A stretch of DNA of 8,492 bases from Naegleria gruberi. Its lineage: Eukaryota. The notes below the pieces were generated by a model, which worked only from the letters and a program-made list of their open reading frames with translations, was not told the origin of the DNA and ran no database searches. Location of the stretch: assembly GCA_000004985.1 (NCBI GenBank), contig GG739067.1; one strand, 5' to 3'. Below, in pieces: positions 7,654 through 8,492 of the stretch. The translations under genes were made by a program, and so were the position numbers. Positions within the stretch are counted from its first letter, which is position 1. Each line of letters starts with the position of its first letter.

Positions 7654-8481
7654 ATGATCAACAATAACAATGCGGAGTCTCATCATCAACAGGGGAGCGG
7701 TATGATGGCCAATCAGACAAACCGAAGAGTTGTGGCTTCTTCTTCGAAACAATCGGCCATTGTGAGAGGACAATGTTTATTTTTATTGGGAAGTCCGTAT
7801 CTTGGAAAGAGTGGTTATTTTGAACAAGAATACGAAATTAAAGGATTTGAGAGGATTAGCTTTGAAAAGGATAGAAGGAAAACGTTTGAAAGGATTTTTA
7901 ATTTGCTCTCACAAAATAGGAATATAGTAATTGATGATGAACAAATCATGTCTCTTACTGAAGCTAGAGGAGCATTGGTTGAAAAAATTAAAACCGAACA
8001 GCCACACTATTCTGTTGAATGTATTTCGTTTATTCCAAAATATGGAGATCTCCAAATAGATATTGCAAAAACCTTTTACATCTGTGAACATTTTGAAACT
8101 CTAAGTTTTGATTTGATTGAACAAATCAAATTGAATGAAAAATTTATCATGGATATTCAAGCTTCACTAGGAGAAAATAATGGAAATTCATCTCTAATTT
8201 ACCCAACCAGTGAGGAAAAATTTGACAAGTCCACTAAGAAGGAAATGTCACTCTATGTGAATAGAAGTGAATCAGAATTTTCCTACCACACACTCATACT
8301 AGATGCCTGTTCCTCTAATTTATTTACCTATGATACAAAGAAGAGAAAAATTCATTTCAAAGATGCACAAAAAATTAAGGAATTGATTTTGAAATGGACT
8401 GAAAGGAGTAAGGATACACGAGTAGTTGTCATTTTCAGTGATAGAAGACTCTTTCAGAGTTTCTCTCAATATACCTGCTAA
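7654..8481 (+). CDS. P-loop nucleotide kinase, polynucleotide-kinase-like (AAA_33-type) fold, with an Asn/Gln-rich N-terminus. 275 aa as an unspliced ORF.
   Basis: ATG at 7654 follows an in-frame TAG 4 codons upstream and has a gaaaaaaATG context. Walker A motif is LLGSPYLGKSGYF (GxxxxGKS). The NRNIVIDDEQIMSLTEARGALVEKIKTEQPHYSVECISFIP stretch matches the vviDNTN....R..l...a...g..v..v.f arrangement of polynucleotide-kinase-like kinase domains, with the same spacing from the P-loop. N-terminus is MINNNNAESHHQQGSG. Stop is TAA at 8479-8481. A possible 50-nt intron (8408-8457) would change the C-terminus (see findings). Confidence 0.8.
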   Translation: MINNNNAESHHQQGSGMMANQTNRRVVASSSKQSAIVRGQCLFLLGSPYLGKSGYFEQEYEIKGFERISFEKDRRKTFERIFNLLSQNRNIVIDDEQIMSLTEARGALVEKIKTEQPHYSVECISFIPKYGDLQIDIAKTFYICEHFETLSFDLIEQIKLNEKFIMDIQASLGENNGNSSLIYPTSEEKFDKSTKKEMSLYVNRSESEFSYHTLILDACSSNLFTYDTKKRKIHFKDAQKIKELILKWTERSKDTRVVVIFSDRRLFQSFSQYTC

Positions 8482-8492
8482 TCATGTCAATC

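Noticed and set aside
7591-7773. Minus-strand 60-aa ORF overlapping the start of the P-loop gene, and the minus-strand 60-aa ORF at 7909-8091
   Set aside because: Both are antisense to a well-supported plus-strand CDS with a clear Walker A motif. They have no motifs and sit at the minimum reporting length.
8408-8438. Mini-intron GTAAGG...TTTTCAG of 31 nt
   Set aside because: 31 nt is shorter than essentially all functional nematode introns. The 50-nt alternative using the CTTTCAG acceptor at 8451-8457 is the only plausible version and is reported as a finding.
1-8492. Prokaryotic-type features (CRISPR arrays, operons, RBS, insertion sequences)
   Set aside because: The readable sequence has no direct-repeat or spacer periodicity, no transposase-like ORF and no terminal inverted repeats. 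Gene content and sequence context are eukaryotic.

Overview
The real sequence in this window is only positions 1-1705 and 6316-8492. Positions 1706-6315 are a single run of 4,610 N, which is a scaffold gap, so every ORF the track draws through it (poly-X proteins) is an artefact. What remains looks eukaryotic rather than prokaryotic, and most likely nematode-like. The evidence is roughly 33-36% GC, A-rich sequence immediately before each ATG, TTTTCAG-type motifs, S/T/N/P-rich low-complexity coding, and the domain set (eukaryotic Ser/Thr protein kinase, BTB/POZ). I can support four coding segments. (1) A plus-strand Ser/Thr protein-kinase catalytic domain runs off the 5' edge of the window and ends at 866. 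It keeps the catalytic residues (VAIK-like Lys, alpha-C Glu, HRDxKxxN, the Asp of DFG) but has a glycine-free G-loop, DFE in place of DFG and APQ in place of APE. (2) A minus-strand BTB/POZ domain with a short BACK-like tail spans 1221-1705, with its stop codon at 1218-1220, and runs into the gap. (3) On the far side of the gap, a minus-strand 5' exon (7157 down to 6316) encodes an ~85-aa helical N-terminus followed by ~195 aa of S/T/N/P-rich low complexity, and also runs into the gap. Segments 2 and 3 may or may not be one gene. (4) A plus-strand 275-aa P-loop protein (7654-8481) carries a GSPYLGKS Walker A motif and an NIVIDD motif in the arrangement typical of polynucleotide-kinase-like (AAA_33-type) nucleotide kinases. 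Segments 3 and 4 are transcribed divergently from a ~500-bp shared intergenic region that contains two GATA-type motifs and a perfect 16-bp AT palindrome. Segments 1 and 2 are convergent, with 351 bp between their stop codons. I see no rRNA, tRNA, CRISPR array or recognisable transposon in the readable sequence. All domain assignments come from my reading of motifs and should be confirmed by database searches.
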